Origin: a bacterium
Lineage (GTDB): Bacteria; Patescibacteriota; Gracilibacteria; Peribacterales; Peribacteraceae
Assembly: GCA_027623015.1 (NCBI GenBank)
Contig: JAQBVR010000003.1
Location: 2,197 to 66,196 of the forward strand
Reading direction: 5' to 3'
DNA length: 64,000 bases
Both the position numbers and the translations under genes were made by a program. Shown here piece by piece: positions 38,023-47,415 of this stretch (its first letter is position 1; each line of letters opens with the position of its first letter). The notes beneath the pieces are model-generated. The model was given only the letters and a program-made list of their open reading frames with translations, had not been told where the DNA came from and searched no databases.

Positions 38023-38057
38023 TTGTACATTGAAGAATGACGGCTACCACTCCGTTT

Positions 38058-38759
38058 TTAAAGGTTCGGCAATTGGTATTCAAGAAGATTTTCTACAGCT
38101 GTTCTGTAGCTTGGTAATTGCCTCTCGACGATCTTCCAGTACGCTGCAGAGTGGTCTCCACGTTTGCGGTGTGCGAGCTCATGGACGATGACATAGTGCA
38201 GTAGGTAGTGAGGCACGAAGAGGAGTGCAGTGTTGATCATGATGGTTCCTCGTGGTGAGCAGCTACCCCATTGTGATGTTGCAAATGCAAAGCGAATCCT
38301 TGGGACATGCACACGATAGGTTTGGCGATTGATCTTATCGATGAGCATCGTGATCCGCGCATTTTCGCTTTGAGAAAGAAGTTTCCAGAGGAAGCGATGT
38401 AGAGATTCTCGCCGAGTCTTTGGCCCTACTGTAACAAGCCAACCTTTCCCCGTTTTCTCTGCTTTAAGCTTGTCTCCTGGCTGTAGGTTGAAGAGGTAAC
38501 TTTTTCCCGTTGCGAGAGTCACAAGCTCTTGTTGAGCACCATTCAGAAGTCTTGCGAAGGGATTGATGGTGATCTTGGCGTGGACCTCTTCGAGAAGTTG
38601 TTCAGTCATACGACTAAGAAGATCTTCGACGTGTTCTTGCTCCTCTGTTTTACTGAGATCTTTGGCTAGGCGAATCACGATAGTGTTGTTTGTATAGACG
38701 GCTCGTGAATGCTTGTTTGTTGTGTGCTCGACCCGGTGAGGAAAGTTGTCTGGAGTCAT
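38058..38759 (-). CDS. YgjP/DUF45-like zinc metallopeptidase
   Basis: QWGSCS, YVIVHELAH, HSAAYW. Confidence 0.88.
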   Translation of the reverse strand: MTPDNFPHRVEHTTNKHSRAVYTNNTIVIRLAKDLSKTEEQEHVEDLLSRMTEQLLEEVHAKITINPFARLLNGAQQELVTLATGKSYLFNLQPGDKLKAEKTGKGWLVTVGPKTRRESLHRFLWKLLSQSENARITMLIDKINRQTYRVHVPRIRFAFATSQWGSCSPRGTIMINTALLFVPHYLLHYVIVHELAHRKRGDHSAAYWKIVERQLPSYRTAVENLLEYQLPNL

Positions 38760-38891
38760 GTAGGCTGACGATCATACATCACTATGCAAGTCCTGTGGAC
38801 CCTGGTGCGAATGCATGTGTAAAGCGCCTTAAATAGCTATATATCGCGCTATAGTGCCAATCTATTCCACATCATAAATACATGTTTTGCG

Positions 38892-39716
38892 TTAGAACTC
38901 TTCGTCGGTCAAGACCTCTTTTTCAGAGGTATGAATTTTATGCGCCTCTCGAAGGATTGGTGAGCAGGTCTGAAGGTGTAGAAGGGTTTGACTAAACATG
39001 AAGTTGGATTCTTGGTATTCTTCTGTATCAATAACTTGACGAAGAAGTGCCTCTCCTTGCTCAAAGCAGAGCGATGCAGTGGAGACCTGAGCAAAGGTGT
39101 GGTCACTAATGGGGGTCGTCTGAACGAGAGACAGCATGCGGAACATGAGATGAGCTATCCAGGTTTGCATCCTATCTGCACGCATGTAGAGCCGTCCAAG
39201 GGCAGCAGGAACTCTGTAGAGGTCCCGTAGGTTTGCTTTGGCCTCTTCTGCCTCTTCTACGGAGCCGTAGACACCGCTTTCAAGACCGAAGATCACGGCA
39301 TCGATGGCAGTAAGAAGCTCACGTTGCTTTGTGATATTTGGCGCTCGGACAGTTTCAGTTATACCAGGGATAGTCTCGAAGTATTCCATCTGCCTTTGGA
39401 TGAACTCTCTCTGTAATACGAGCTGAGCTCGGTAGCAGCGCATTGTCGTCGAAAGTCTTGTATCTCTATTTGCCCTGCGCAAAGCGAGTCTGCACTCACC
39501 TCTGTGCTCCGCAAGGAGTATTTCGTGGTCTTTAGACAGATCTGCAAAAAGCCGCATACCTTGGCGAGTGTGTAGTGCTGCTGCTCGAAATCCTTCCGCA
39601 CGCTCCACTCGTTCTTCCCACAGGATATCCTGTTCCTCTGCTGCAGTATGTAGCTCGGCTTCCTGCGCATAGGCAGGGGTGGTAAATAGTCCAATGACAA
39701 TAATTAAGTTGATCAT
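38892..39716 (-). CDS. secreted helical hypothetical protein
   Basis: Signal peptide ending AYA-QE; Cys pairs; TACACT box 8 nt upstream. Confidence 0.75.
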   Translation of the reverse strand: MINLIIVIGLFTTPAYAQEAELHTAAEEQDILWEERVERAEGFRAAALHTRQGMRLFADLSKDHEILLAEHRGECRLALRRANRDTRLSTTMRCYRAQLVLQREFIQRQMEYFETIPGITETVRAPNITKQRELLTAIDAVIFGLESGVYGSVEEAEEAKANLRDLYRVPAALGRLYMRADRMQTWIAHLMFRMLSLVQTTPISDHTFAQVSTASLCFEQGEALLRQVIDTEEYQESNFMFSQTLLHLQTCSPILREAHKIHTSEKEVLTDEEF

Positions 39717-39787
39717 TGGAGGATAGTGTAACACGACTGATGAAAAGACCTAGAAGACCTAGAAGATTTGGAATAGTCCATTTTCCT

Positions 39788-40717
39788 TTAGACAGTTTTA
39801 GTCTTCAGTACATGCCCCTTGATCGTTTCTATGACGGTCTCCAGATCTTCGTTGACGAGGAAATGGTCAAAGAGCTCTGAGCGATTTGTGAAGAAGTCGA
39901 GGTCTTCTTCGGCATTGCGCATGCGGTCTGCGATGCTTTGTTCGTTGTCTCTACCACGAGTACGGAGTCTGCTGAGAAGCTGCGAGAGCATGGCGCGCTT
40001 ACTCTTGCCTGGAGGCAGGAGTCCACAAGAGAGTATGGACCGTCTGCTATAGTGGTTGCTGAGTTCTTGGAGGAGGTTTTGTTCGGTGATGACGACGGGG
40101 ATACTTTCATTTTTCCAGATCGCTTCTAGGTCTGTAGCGCGGTAGCCATACCATCTCTTCTCGTCTTTCGATGGAATCTGTGTTGCTGCGATGATCTCTT
40201 CGTCTTTGCGCATCTTTATGAAGGCTTCTTCTGTGACATAGGTGTACTCACCATCATCTCCGTCCTTTGGTTCTCTTGTTGTGACGATAGGACTAGCGGT
40301 TACGTAGTCGCTAAACATGGTCACCAGCGAACGGCTAATGGTAGATTTTCCGACACCAGATGGTCCTGTAAGAGCGAGGATGTAGCCTGGGAATTCTTTG
40401 AGAGTTTCCTGCTCTACGGGCTTTCCTACTAGGACTTCGTAGCCGACATCATATATGCGTAGCCCCTGAGCGGTTGTGCGAGTAAGACGCATACGAGGGC
40501 AGACCTGTAGGCCGATTTGTAGGTCTTGAGATGTACTGTGGATGAGTTGACCCATGGCTCGTGTGCCGTCTTCGAGTTCTAGTAGCCCTATAGTAAGAGG
40601 AGCTGAGCCGAAACCTTCTGCTGGGTGAGCGACAGTGGTGAACGATACGATGTTGCCTTTTTGCATCTTGCGATGTACTTCTTTCTGGTACCGAGAGGTG
40701 AAGGCTGGGCTTGTCAT
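39788..40717 (-). CDS. fusion: DUF35/ChsH2-type OB-fold (no zinc ribbon) + guanylate-kinase-like P-loop kinase
   Basis: N-term GNIVSFTTVAHPAEGF..P..IGLLELEDGTRAMGQL..IG..V..R; C-term LTGPSGVGKST, TTREPKDG, WYGY, RLRTRGRD..I..R; ATG overlaps thiolase stop (ATGA). Confidence 0.85.
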   Translation of the reverse strand: MTSPAFTSRYQKEVHRKMQKGNIVSFTTVAHPAEGFGSAPLTIGLLELEDGTRAMGQLIHSTSQDLQIGLQVCPRMRLTRTTAQGLRIYDVGYEVLVGKPVEQETLKEFPGYILALTGPSGVGKSTISRSLVTMFSDYVTASPIVTTREPKDGDDGEYTYVTEEAFIKMRKDEEIIAATQIPSKDEKRWYGYRATDLEAIWKNESIPVVITEQNLLQELSNHYSRRSILSCGLLPPGKSKRAMLSQLLSRLRTRGRDNEQSIADRMRNAEEDLDFFTNRSELFDHFLVNEDLETVIETIKGHVLKTKTV

Positions 40718-41826
40718 ACTGCAGTGTGTTCGAGGATGTGAATACCGCATGTGGCACAGGCTCCACCAAAGTTATGTGCAAGGCCATAGCGTTTTCCTGA
40801 TGCTTTGAGCTGTTTTCCTATATCTATAATCTGCTTCACACCTGTGGCAGCAACAGGATGGCCGCACGCTTTGAGTCCTCCACTCGCATTGATCGTCTGC
40901 TTTCCAGGATTTTCATAGAGCTTTACGCCAGTTCCTGGTGCTGCGTAGCCGAGGTCTTCGAGGTTGATGATCGCAGCGATAGAAAAGCAGTCGTGGATCT
41001 CGAGATGAGCTATGTCGTTTCGGTGGATTGCAGCTTCTGCAAATGCTTTGGCCGCTGCTTGTTTGGTTGCTTTAAATCCTGTGATCGACTCTCGTTGAGT
41101 GATACTGACAGTATCTGATGCTATTTGCGATGCTGCGATTTTTAGTGAGCTTTGGTGCTTTGTCGACAAAATACATGCAGCAGCACCATCGCTGATGGGA
41201 GAGCAGTCGAGCATACAGAGTGGCTCTGCTACTGTAGTGCTCGAAGTCACTGCCTCAGGACTCACTTCCATACGAAACTGTGCGAAGGGATTTGCCATGG
41301 CATTGCTGTGGTGTTTCGCACTAACTGCACTTAGACGCTCTCGACTGAGACTGTGTTCGTACATGTATCGGTTGGCTATAAGACCAAAGATACCTGGGAA
41401 TGTGATACCACTTGGGCTGTCGAGTTCACTGTCTGCCGCACCCATGAGACCAGAGGCGATAGCTCCAGTATCTGCATCGGTCATTTTCTCTACTCCTACG
41501 ACAAGCACGGTCTCTACTTTGCCACTTTCTAGCATACCACAGGCTGTATGCAGTGCCATGGCACCAGATGCACAGGCAGACTCTACGCGCAGTGCAGGTG
41601 GCTGGTGTGGCAAAAGGCTCGATGCCATAGCACCAAGGTGTGCTTGGTCACTTGTACGCTCAGCAAGCATGTTTGCAACGATAACAAGATCGATATCGAG
41701 TACGCTAATACCTGCATCTTTGATGGCAGAATCGATAGCGCTATCCATCAGTTCTCTTAAGCCCATATCCCAGTGTTCCCCGAAGGGAGTTTGGCCAGTT
41801 CCTGTGATGTAGATGTCAGTATTCAT
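40714..41826 (-). CDS. archaeal/SCP2-type acetoacetyl-CoA thiolase
   Basis: ESACASG, GVEKM, CSPISDGAAA, EIHDCF, GGLKACGHPVAATG. Confidence 0.92.
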   Translation of the reverse strand: MNTDIYITGTGQTPFGEHWDMGLRELMDSAIDSAIKDAGISVLDIDLVIVANMLAERTSDQAHLGAMASSLLPHQPPALRVESACASGAMALHTACGMLESGKVETVLVVGVEKMTDADTGAIASGLMGAADSELDSPSGITFPGIFGLIANRYMYEHSLSRERLSAVSAKHHSNAMANPFAQFRMEVSPEAVTSSTTVAEPLCMLDCSPISDGAAACILSTKHQSSLKIAASQIASDTVSITQRESITGFKATKQAAAKAFAEAAIHRNDIAHLEIHDCFSIAAIINLEDLGYAAPGTGVKLYENPGKQTINASGGLKACGHPVAATGVKQIIDIGKQLKASGKRYGLAHNFGGACATCGIHILEHTAV

Positions 41827-41836
41827 GGGGTGGACG

Positions 41837-42865
41837 TTACTGGTTACTGGTTATGCGTTCGCGGTAGTGGGCGTAGCTGAGGTATTCGGTTTCACGATTG
41901 TCGGAGGGCAGTGTAATGCCATCGCGGAGCATTGTCATGAGGAAGGCGTCTGAGCCAGCACCAGAACCATAGGAGATCATAAGGATGCTCTCATTCTTTT
42001 TCGCTTTCTGTAGAGCATGTACGAGTCCGATCATCGAGCACGCACTGTACGTATTGCCAATAGTTGGAACGATGAACCCTTCCTGCATTTGCTCTTTCGT
42101 AAATCCAAACTCTTTTGCCATCTTGCTTGGGAACTTTGCATTTGGCATGTGGAGAATGACGTGATGAATACTCGAGAGGTCACATCCAGAGACTTCTGTG
42201 ATTCCTTTGATTGCTTCACGAACATGATGGAAATAGGCAGGCTCTCCTGTAAACCTTCCTGCATGCTGTGGGTACCTATCGTGCGCACCTCTCCAGAAGT
42301 CTGGTGTGTCTGTAGTAAACGAAAGGGTTTTATCGATGCTACAGAGTGCGTTCTTTTCGGTACTTGGCCCTATCACGACTGCAGCAGCTCCAGCAGCAGC
42401 TGTGTACTCAAGCGCATCTCCAGGTGCTGCCTGCGCAGTGTCGGAGCCTATCGCAAGTCCGTAACGGATCTGCTTGGACCTCACAAAGCTATCGACGATT
42501 TGCATCCCCGCTGTACCTGCTTTGCAGGCAAACTCTAAGTCTGCACAATGGCAGTATGGGTCGACTTTGAGGGCTGCAGCTACCATGCCACTTGTGGGTT
42601 TGACTGCGTAAGGATGGCTTTCAGAACCAACAAATACAGCCGAGATCTGTGAAGACTTGATGTTTGCCGTATCGATAGCCTGCTTTCCTGCTTCATACGC
42701 CATGGTAAATGTATCCTCTCCATCTCCAGGAACCGTCTTTTCATTTACACCAAGGCCCTTTTCTACGGATACAGGGTCTTTTTTCCAGTGACCCGCTATA
42801 GTAGCCGTTTTGATGCGGTGAGATGGGAGGTACATGCCGAAGCTGATAATGGCAGAATTGTTCAC
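41837..42865 (-). CDS. archaeal-type HMG-CoA synthase
   Basis: GSESHPYAVKPTS, DLEFACKAGT, LEYTAAAGAAA, DTPDFWR, HMPNAKFP, GNTYS, SYGSGAGSD; GTG start at 42865. Confidence 0.93.
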   Translation of the reverse strand: MNNSAIISFGMYLPSHRIKTATIAGHWKKDPVSVEKGLGVNEKTVPGDGEDTFTMAYEAGKQAIDTANIKSSQISAVFVGSESHPYAVKPTSGMVAAALKVDPYCHCADLEFACKAGTAGMQIVDSFVRSKQIRYGLAIGSDTAQAAPGDALEYTAAAGAAAVVIGPSTEKNALCSIDKTLSFTTDTPDFWRGAHDRYPQHAGRFTGEPAYFHHVREAIKGITEVSGCDLSSIHHVILHMPNAKFPSKMAKEFGFTKEQMQEGFIVPTIGNTYSACSMIGLVHALQKAKKNESILMISYGSGAGSDAFLMTMLRDGITLPSDNRETEYLSYAHYRERITSNQ

Positions 42866-42885
42866 TGTAATGATACTACTGGTTG

Positions 42886-42970
42886 AAGATGCAAGATGGC
42901 AAGATACAAGATGCAAAATATTTGCCTAAAAACCTCTTTGGACCTTGATATCTTGTATCTTGTATCTTTT
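42886..42970. repeat. inverted pair of AAGAT(A/G)C heptamer arrays
   Basis: AAGATGCAAGATGGCAAGATACAAGATGC ... TATCTTGTATCTTGTATCTT. Confidence 0.75.
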
Positions 42971-42988
42971 TCAAATGATAGATTACAT

Positions 42989-44134
42989 CTAGCGTCCAAG
43001 CGTGCTATGAGCAGTTGCCAGGTGCCCCGCAGCCTGCGCAGCGAGGAGAGACACCTCTCCAGCAAGAACTGCTGCACCGATGCTTTCTGCCAAGTGTTTC
43101 TTGTCACCTCCTTGTGAGAGGAGTTCGAGGCATTGCCTCTGTGCAGGGAGGTCTGTGCCACCTCCTCGGAGTCCTACCAAGATGGCAGGGCAACGGACGG
43201 AGATCTTTAGGCCATCCTCTGTAGCTTCTACGGTAGTGTCTGCGAGTGAACCTTCTACGACGTGAGCAGCATCTTGACCTGTAGCAAGGTAGAGAGCGGC
43301 GATGACGTTTGCTGCGTGCATATTTGCTCCAAGTGCACCTGCAATTTTCGAACCTTCTATTAACTTGGCTCGTGCAACATTCATCATTGCCTCGTGGTCA
43401 GATTTGAGAATGTCTGTTATCACGGTAGTGGGGAGAGTGGCAGTCGCAGTGACTTCGTAACCACGTCCTTTTTCATGCGTTCTTTTACTTGGTTTTTTAT
43501 CGCTATCGACGTTTGCAGCGATCGTTATCAGTCTGCAGTTTTCATCATTTTCAACGATCCAATTTCCTACAGCTTCGGCAGCGATCGTCACCATGTTCAT
43601 GCCCATTGCCTCATCGGTATCGACGTTTATTGTGAGGAAGATGTGCTCGTTTGTTTCATCGATGTCGAAGTGCAAAACTTTAAGATGATTGCTTGTTTTT
43701 TCTGCGACTACTTTCCATGTTTCTTCGTTTTTTTCTAACAACTCTTTTACACGTTTTGTGTTTGTAGTTTTTATTGCAATCGACCGAGAGATACCATGAT
43801 GTATAGAAGACGTGTGTACACCTTTTGCACTATTTAATGCTTTGCAACCGCGGTTCACACTCGCAACAAGTGCGCCTTCCGTTGTAGCAAGCGGTAGGTG
43901 TACGTACATGTTTTTCTGTGAAGAAAAATACACGTGCAGTGGTCCCGCGTGTCCGACAGGGATGAGCATAGACCCGAACATGTTTTCACAGTTTTTTTCA
44001 TCACTGTGTCCTATGGTGGACGGTCGTTGTTCGAGCAAAGACAGGTCGCAGTCGCACTCATCTTCGATGCGCTTGCGACGCTCGGCGATCCTTTCTTTTG
44101 GGCTGCCTAGATTGGGTAAATTGCGGAGATCCAT
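42989..44134 (-). CDS. hmgA: class I HMG-CoA reductase
   Basis: NCENMFG, PLATTEGALVASVNRG, EAMGMNM, DKK, TGQDAAHVVE, LAGEVS, C-terminal His. Confidence 0.93.
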   Translation of the reverse strand: MDLRNLPNLGSPKERIAERRKRIEDECDCDLSLLEQRPSTIGHSDEKNCENMFGSMLIPVGHAGPLHVYFSSQKNMYVHLPLATTEGALVASVNRGCKALNSAKGVHTSSIHHGISRSIAIKTTNTKRVKELLEKNEETWKVVAEKTSNHLKVLHFDIDETNEHIFLTINVDTDEAMGMNMVTIAAEAVGNWIVENDENCRLITIAANVDSDKKPSKRTHEKGRGYEVTATATLPTTVITDILKSDHEAMMNVARAKLIEGSKIAGALGANMHAANVIAALYLATGQDAAHVVEGSLADTTVEATEDGLKISVRCPAILVGLRGGGTDLPAQRQCLELLSQGGDKKHLAESIGAAVLAGEVSLLAAQAAGHLATAHSTLGR

Positions 44135-44140
44135 ATTGTA

Positions 44141-44203
44141 GGGAGTAGGGAGTCGGGAGTAGGGAGTCGGGAGTAGGGAGTAGGGAATCGGGAATCGGGA
44201 GTA
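44141..44203 (+). repeat. 9 x GGGA(G/A)T(A/C) heptamer tandem array
   Basis: GGGAGTA GGGAGTC GGGAGTA GGGAGTC GGGAGTA GGGAGTA GGGAATC GGGAATC GGGAGTA. Confidence 0.92.
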
Positions 44204-44227
44204 GGGGGTGGGTGTAGGTTTTTTCTT

Positions 44228-45241
44228 CTAAGCTTTTTCTATCATGGAGGTTCCAGGTCCGACTGTCGTTTCAAATACGGTGCAGCCCTGTTGTGCGTTT
44301 GCGAAAGATAGTATGTCTGCGCGTGCATCTGGCGTACAGAAGAGGTGGACTGTGGGGCCTGCATCCATGGTATAGAGCACTTCGAGGTGCTTGCTAGATC
44401 GCAATTCTTTTACCTCTCCGAGGATGCGGTGTGTCTCGTTACTCAGGTACTTGAGAGGAGTAGAGCTGGTTTCCATGACATGGTGCATATCCATACAGTC
44501 TTCCTCTGAAACAACTTGACGCTTCTCGAAGTCTTTGTTCAAGATCGCACTTATACATTCACTCTGCCTGCGTGGCATCGCTTCGACACGCTGAGTCCAG
44601 TCTGGACTCGTCTGTGCGATGGCATGACCCTCTGTTGAGCCGACGGCTTTCTCTTCTTGGCTAGGTACGATGATGATGTCATAAAGAGGCCAGTGACTTT
44701 CGTCTGCTATCTGTACTCCCTTGGCAGTGTCTATGTCGTTACCGTCTCCTGCTTCGATGGCGCTAAACCCTCCGAATATACTTCGTGTTGCAGACCCTGA
44801 CCCCAGCCGAGCAATGACACTGACTTGCTCGTCATTGAGTTCCGTACCTCCAAAGCTGCCATAGCACTTTGCAATGCAACTAAAGACTGCAGCAGAGGAT
44901 GCAAGTCCGATACTTGGTGGGATGCCTGACTCTATAGTGATGGCGATGTTTTCGGGAATCATTTCCTCTATTCCGAGGAAGTGGAGATAGTGATTTGTTA
45001 GTTCTCGGTGTTTCATAAATCTTGCGATGTCTTTTTCTTCTAGGTTCTTTTCAGTTCCATCTGCAAGAAATGATCGTAGTGAAAAGTTCTCTGAATCTTC
45101 CACGGTGATATCTACACTCGGAGTATCTATCGTCATGCTGAGAGAGTCATAGGCTGGAAGGCGTAGATCGTTGTTACGGTTACCCCAATATTTGATGAGG
45201 GCAATGTTCGGCGTTGAGCGAGCTGTGACTTTCATGGTCAT
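44228..45241 (-). CDS. mvaD: (di)phosphomevalonate decarboxylase
   Basis: NIALIKYWG, GLASSA, ARLGSGSA, STEG, TMDAGP. Confidence 0.9.
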   Translation of the reverse strand: MTMKVTARSTPNIALIKYWGNRNNDLRLPAYDSLSMTIDTPSVDITVEDSENFSLRSFLADGTEKNLEEKDIARFMKHRELTNHYLHFLGIEEMIPENIAITIESGIPPSIGLASSAAVFSCIAKCYGSFGGTELNDEQVSVIARLGSGSATRSIFGGFSAIEAGDGNDIDTAKGVQIADESHWPLYDIIIVPSQEEKAVGSTEGHAIAQTSPDWTQRVEAMPRRQSECISAILNKDFEKRQVVSEEDCMDMHHVMETSSTPLKYLSNETHRILGEVKELRSSKHLEVLYTMDAGPTVHLFCTPDARADILSFANAQQGCTVFETTVGPGTSMIEKA

Positions 45242-46098
45242 TATGATTTGAAGATTTCAAAAGGGGATTCGTCGATTGTCTTCTGCAGAATTGCGGGGTC
45301 AGGATGGAGAGCAAGTACCATGCCTCCACCACCGGTGTGACTCCCTGCGCCGATGATCTTAGCAGCTCCTCCATCTTGAACAATTTTTTTGATCAGTTCT
45401 TGCACTGCAAATGGGACTATCCCAATCCTACACTGGGCTTCGTGGTGTTTACGTACGATGCTAATTATGTCGGGATTTGGCTGATTCCACTTCTCTGTGC
45501 ACTGTCCGATAGTTTCCAAGGCTTCAGACATAGCAGGGTCTTTGTTTTGCATTGCCGTATCGATACTTGAGATGAGTTCAGGCGTGGATTCGTTTGGGGT
45601 TCCTGTATCGACCAATACGAAATTGACCTCTGGTAGGTCTACGAATTCTGGAGCTGACGTTTTGCGAAAGAGTACAGGACGGTTGTGCCAGATGACGGCA
45701 AAGTCTAGGCCACTGTGCCCTTGGTTTACTTCATCTTCGATCGCCATTGCTACCTCTTCACAGTCTGGGCCAAGTAAACATCGTGTGACTGCTATCACCA
45801 ATGCAGTAGAAGAGCCCATGCCTTTACCAAGAGGAAGGTGATTTACAATCTCTAGTTTTCCGAAAAGGTGGTTGTTTTGCTGATTGCAGAGAGAAATGAT
45901 CTGCTCAAGGTACGTATCCCATTCCTGTCCTCCTGCTATCCCGTGCCAGGAGATTTCTAGGTCTGACCTACTAAGGTCTTCTGTAAAAGTTGCTTCAATT
46001 CCAATATTTGCAGGAATAGCGATACCAGGGTAGCCATATACTACTGCGTACTCTCCACTGAGGATGATCTTGCCGGTGGCTTTTTCATGATTAACCAC
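45241..46098 (-). CDS. mvk: mevalonate kinase (GHMP family)
   Basis: GKIILSGEYAVVYG, PLGKGMGSS, SGLD, KIIGAG..GGGG; GTG start overlaps the uppS 3' end. Confidence 0.85.
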   Translation of the reverse strand: MVNHEKATGKIILSGEYAVVYGYPGIAIPANIGIEATFTEDLSRSDLEISWHGIAGGQEWDTYLEQIISLCNQQNNHLFGKLEIVNHLPLGKGMGSSTALVIAVTRCLLGPDCEEVAMAIEDEVNQGHSGLDFAVIWHNRPVLFRKTSAPEFVDLPEVNFVLVDTGTPNESTPELISSIDTAMQNKDPAMSEALETIGQCTEKWNQPNPDIISIVRKHHEAQCRIGIVPFAVQELIKKIVQDGGAAKIIGAGSHTGGGGMVLALHPDPAILQKTIDESPFEIFKS

Positions 46099-46786
46099 CA
46101 AACCGTCTGGTACGCTTTGCAAATGCACTCACTGCAGTATCGAGATCTTCGGTCGTGAAGTCGGGGAAGAACTTGTCTACGAAGTCCCATTCGCTATAGG
46201 CAGACTGCCACAAAAAGAAGTTGCTTGTGCGGTGCTCTCCTGATGTACGGATGATGAGGTCGAGGTTTGGCAGATTTGGTTGATCGAGATGCTTTTGTAC
46301 TTCTTCATCAGTGAATTGCATATTTGTTGTGAGCTGTGAGTTGTGAGTTGTGAGCTTGCTCATGGCACGAAGCAGCTCGTCTTTGCCACCGTAGTCGAGA
46401 GCGAGGTGAATGGTCGCTTTTGCATTATCTTTTGTTTCGGATTCGATCTCTTCGATGAGTATAGCAAGTGAAGAGGGTATGCGATCTTTGCGACCAGAGT
46501 GGAGAAAGCGAATGTTATTTTCTGCAAATGATGCACGTTCATCGTTGAGATACTGCTCAAGCATATCCATGAGCATGCCTATTTCTTTCTCATCGCGTTT
46601 CCAGTTTTCGGTCGAGAAGCACCAGATAGTGAGGATGCTCACTCGAGGATCTACTCTGCACCACTCGGTGATGGATCGAAAGATATTGATAGCCTTACGA
46701 TGCCCTTCCCAAGGATCTAAACTCTGATTCTTCGCCCATCGGCGATTGCCGTCTGGGATGATAGCTATGTGGAGGGGGGTATCCAT
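46091..46786 (-). CDS. uppS: undecaprenyl diphosphate synthase
   Basis: HIAIIPDGNRRWA, FSTENWKR, YGG, IRTSGEHRTSNFFLWQ, RRFGG. Confidence 0.96.
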   Translation of the reverse strand: MDTPLHIAIIPDGNRRWAKNQSLDPWEGHRKAINIFRSITEWCRVDPRVSILTIWCFSTENWKRDEKEIGMLMDMLEQYLNDERASFAENNIRFLHSGRKDRIPSSLAILIEEIESETKDNAKATIHLALDYGGKDELLRAMSKLTTHNSQLTTNMQFTDEEVQKHLDQPNLPNLDLIIRTSGEHRTSNFFLWQSAYSEWDFVDKFFPDFTTEDLDTAVSAFAKRTRRFGG

Positions 46787-46792
46787 TTAGGG

Positions 46793-47353
46793 TCAGGGAG
46801 TAGGGCGTAGGTAGTCGGGAGTGGATAGGTTAAGAATTTGGTGTAGTCCTAACTGGAACCATATAGCATAATCTTCTCTCTTCGATGCCATATCTGCAAT
46901 AAGCGTATCTACATGTCTCCATTCCAGCGATTCCACTTCATCTGGATCTGGCTTCATTTCGATATCGCCATCGACTTGTCCTGTAAGAAGTGTAACGAAC
47001 TCATGCTCAGATCCTGCTCTATTTGGCGATTCTTCTTGATATACCAGTGTACTATGCACTGAGAGATCGGGGCTTTTTATGCCACATTCTTCCATGACAC
47101 GCTTTGGTGCAACTTCTTCCTCTGTCTGCCCTACTCGTGGGTGACTACAACAGGTATTTGCGAGAATACGAGGCCAGAGTGGCTTGCTTGCACTGCGACG
47201 CTGCACAAGAAGTTCACGCTTGCCATCGCGAAAGAGATATACAGAAAAAGCTCTATGGAGTTTCCCTGGGCTCTTGTGCGCATCTTCCCACGACGCTTCT
47301 CCATTCTGGTCGCCTGCAGTATCACAGAGAATTAACATGAGGTAATTATGCAC
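46793..47353 (-). CDS. idi: type 1 isopentenyl-diphosphate delta-isomerase
   Basis: HRAFSV, QRRS, NTCCSHP, EHE, C-terminal W. Confidence 0.92.
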   Translation of the reverse strand: MHNYLMLILCDTAGDQNGEASWEDAHKSPGKLHRAFSVYLFRDGKRELLVQRRSASKPLWPRILANTCCSHPRVGQTEEEVAPKRVMEECGIKSPDLSVHSTLVYQEESPNRAGSEHEFVTLLTGQVDGDIEMKPDPDEVESLEWRHVDTLIADMASKREDYAIWFQLGLHQILNLSTPDYLRPTP

Positions 47354-47415
47354 ACGTATTGGCTCTTTTGTAAGAATCTAGTATTCTTTTTCTGCAATTA
47401 TTCCTCATTTCACCT

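Noticed and set aside
41099..41812. 237-aa + strand ORF (and similar ones such as 57804-58547 and 2084-2665)
   Set aside because: Antisense shadows of well-supported genes, with no motifs
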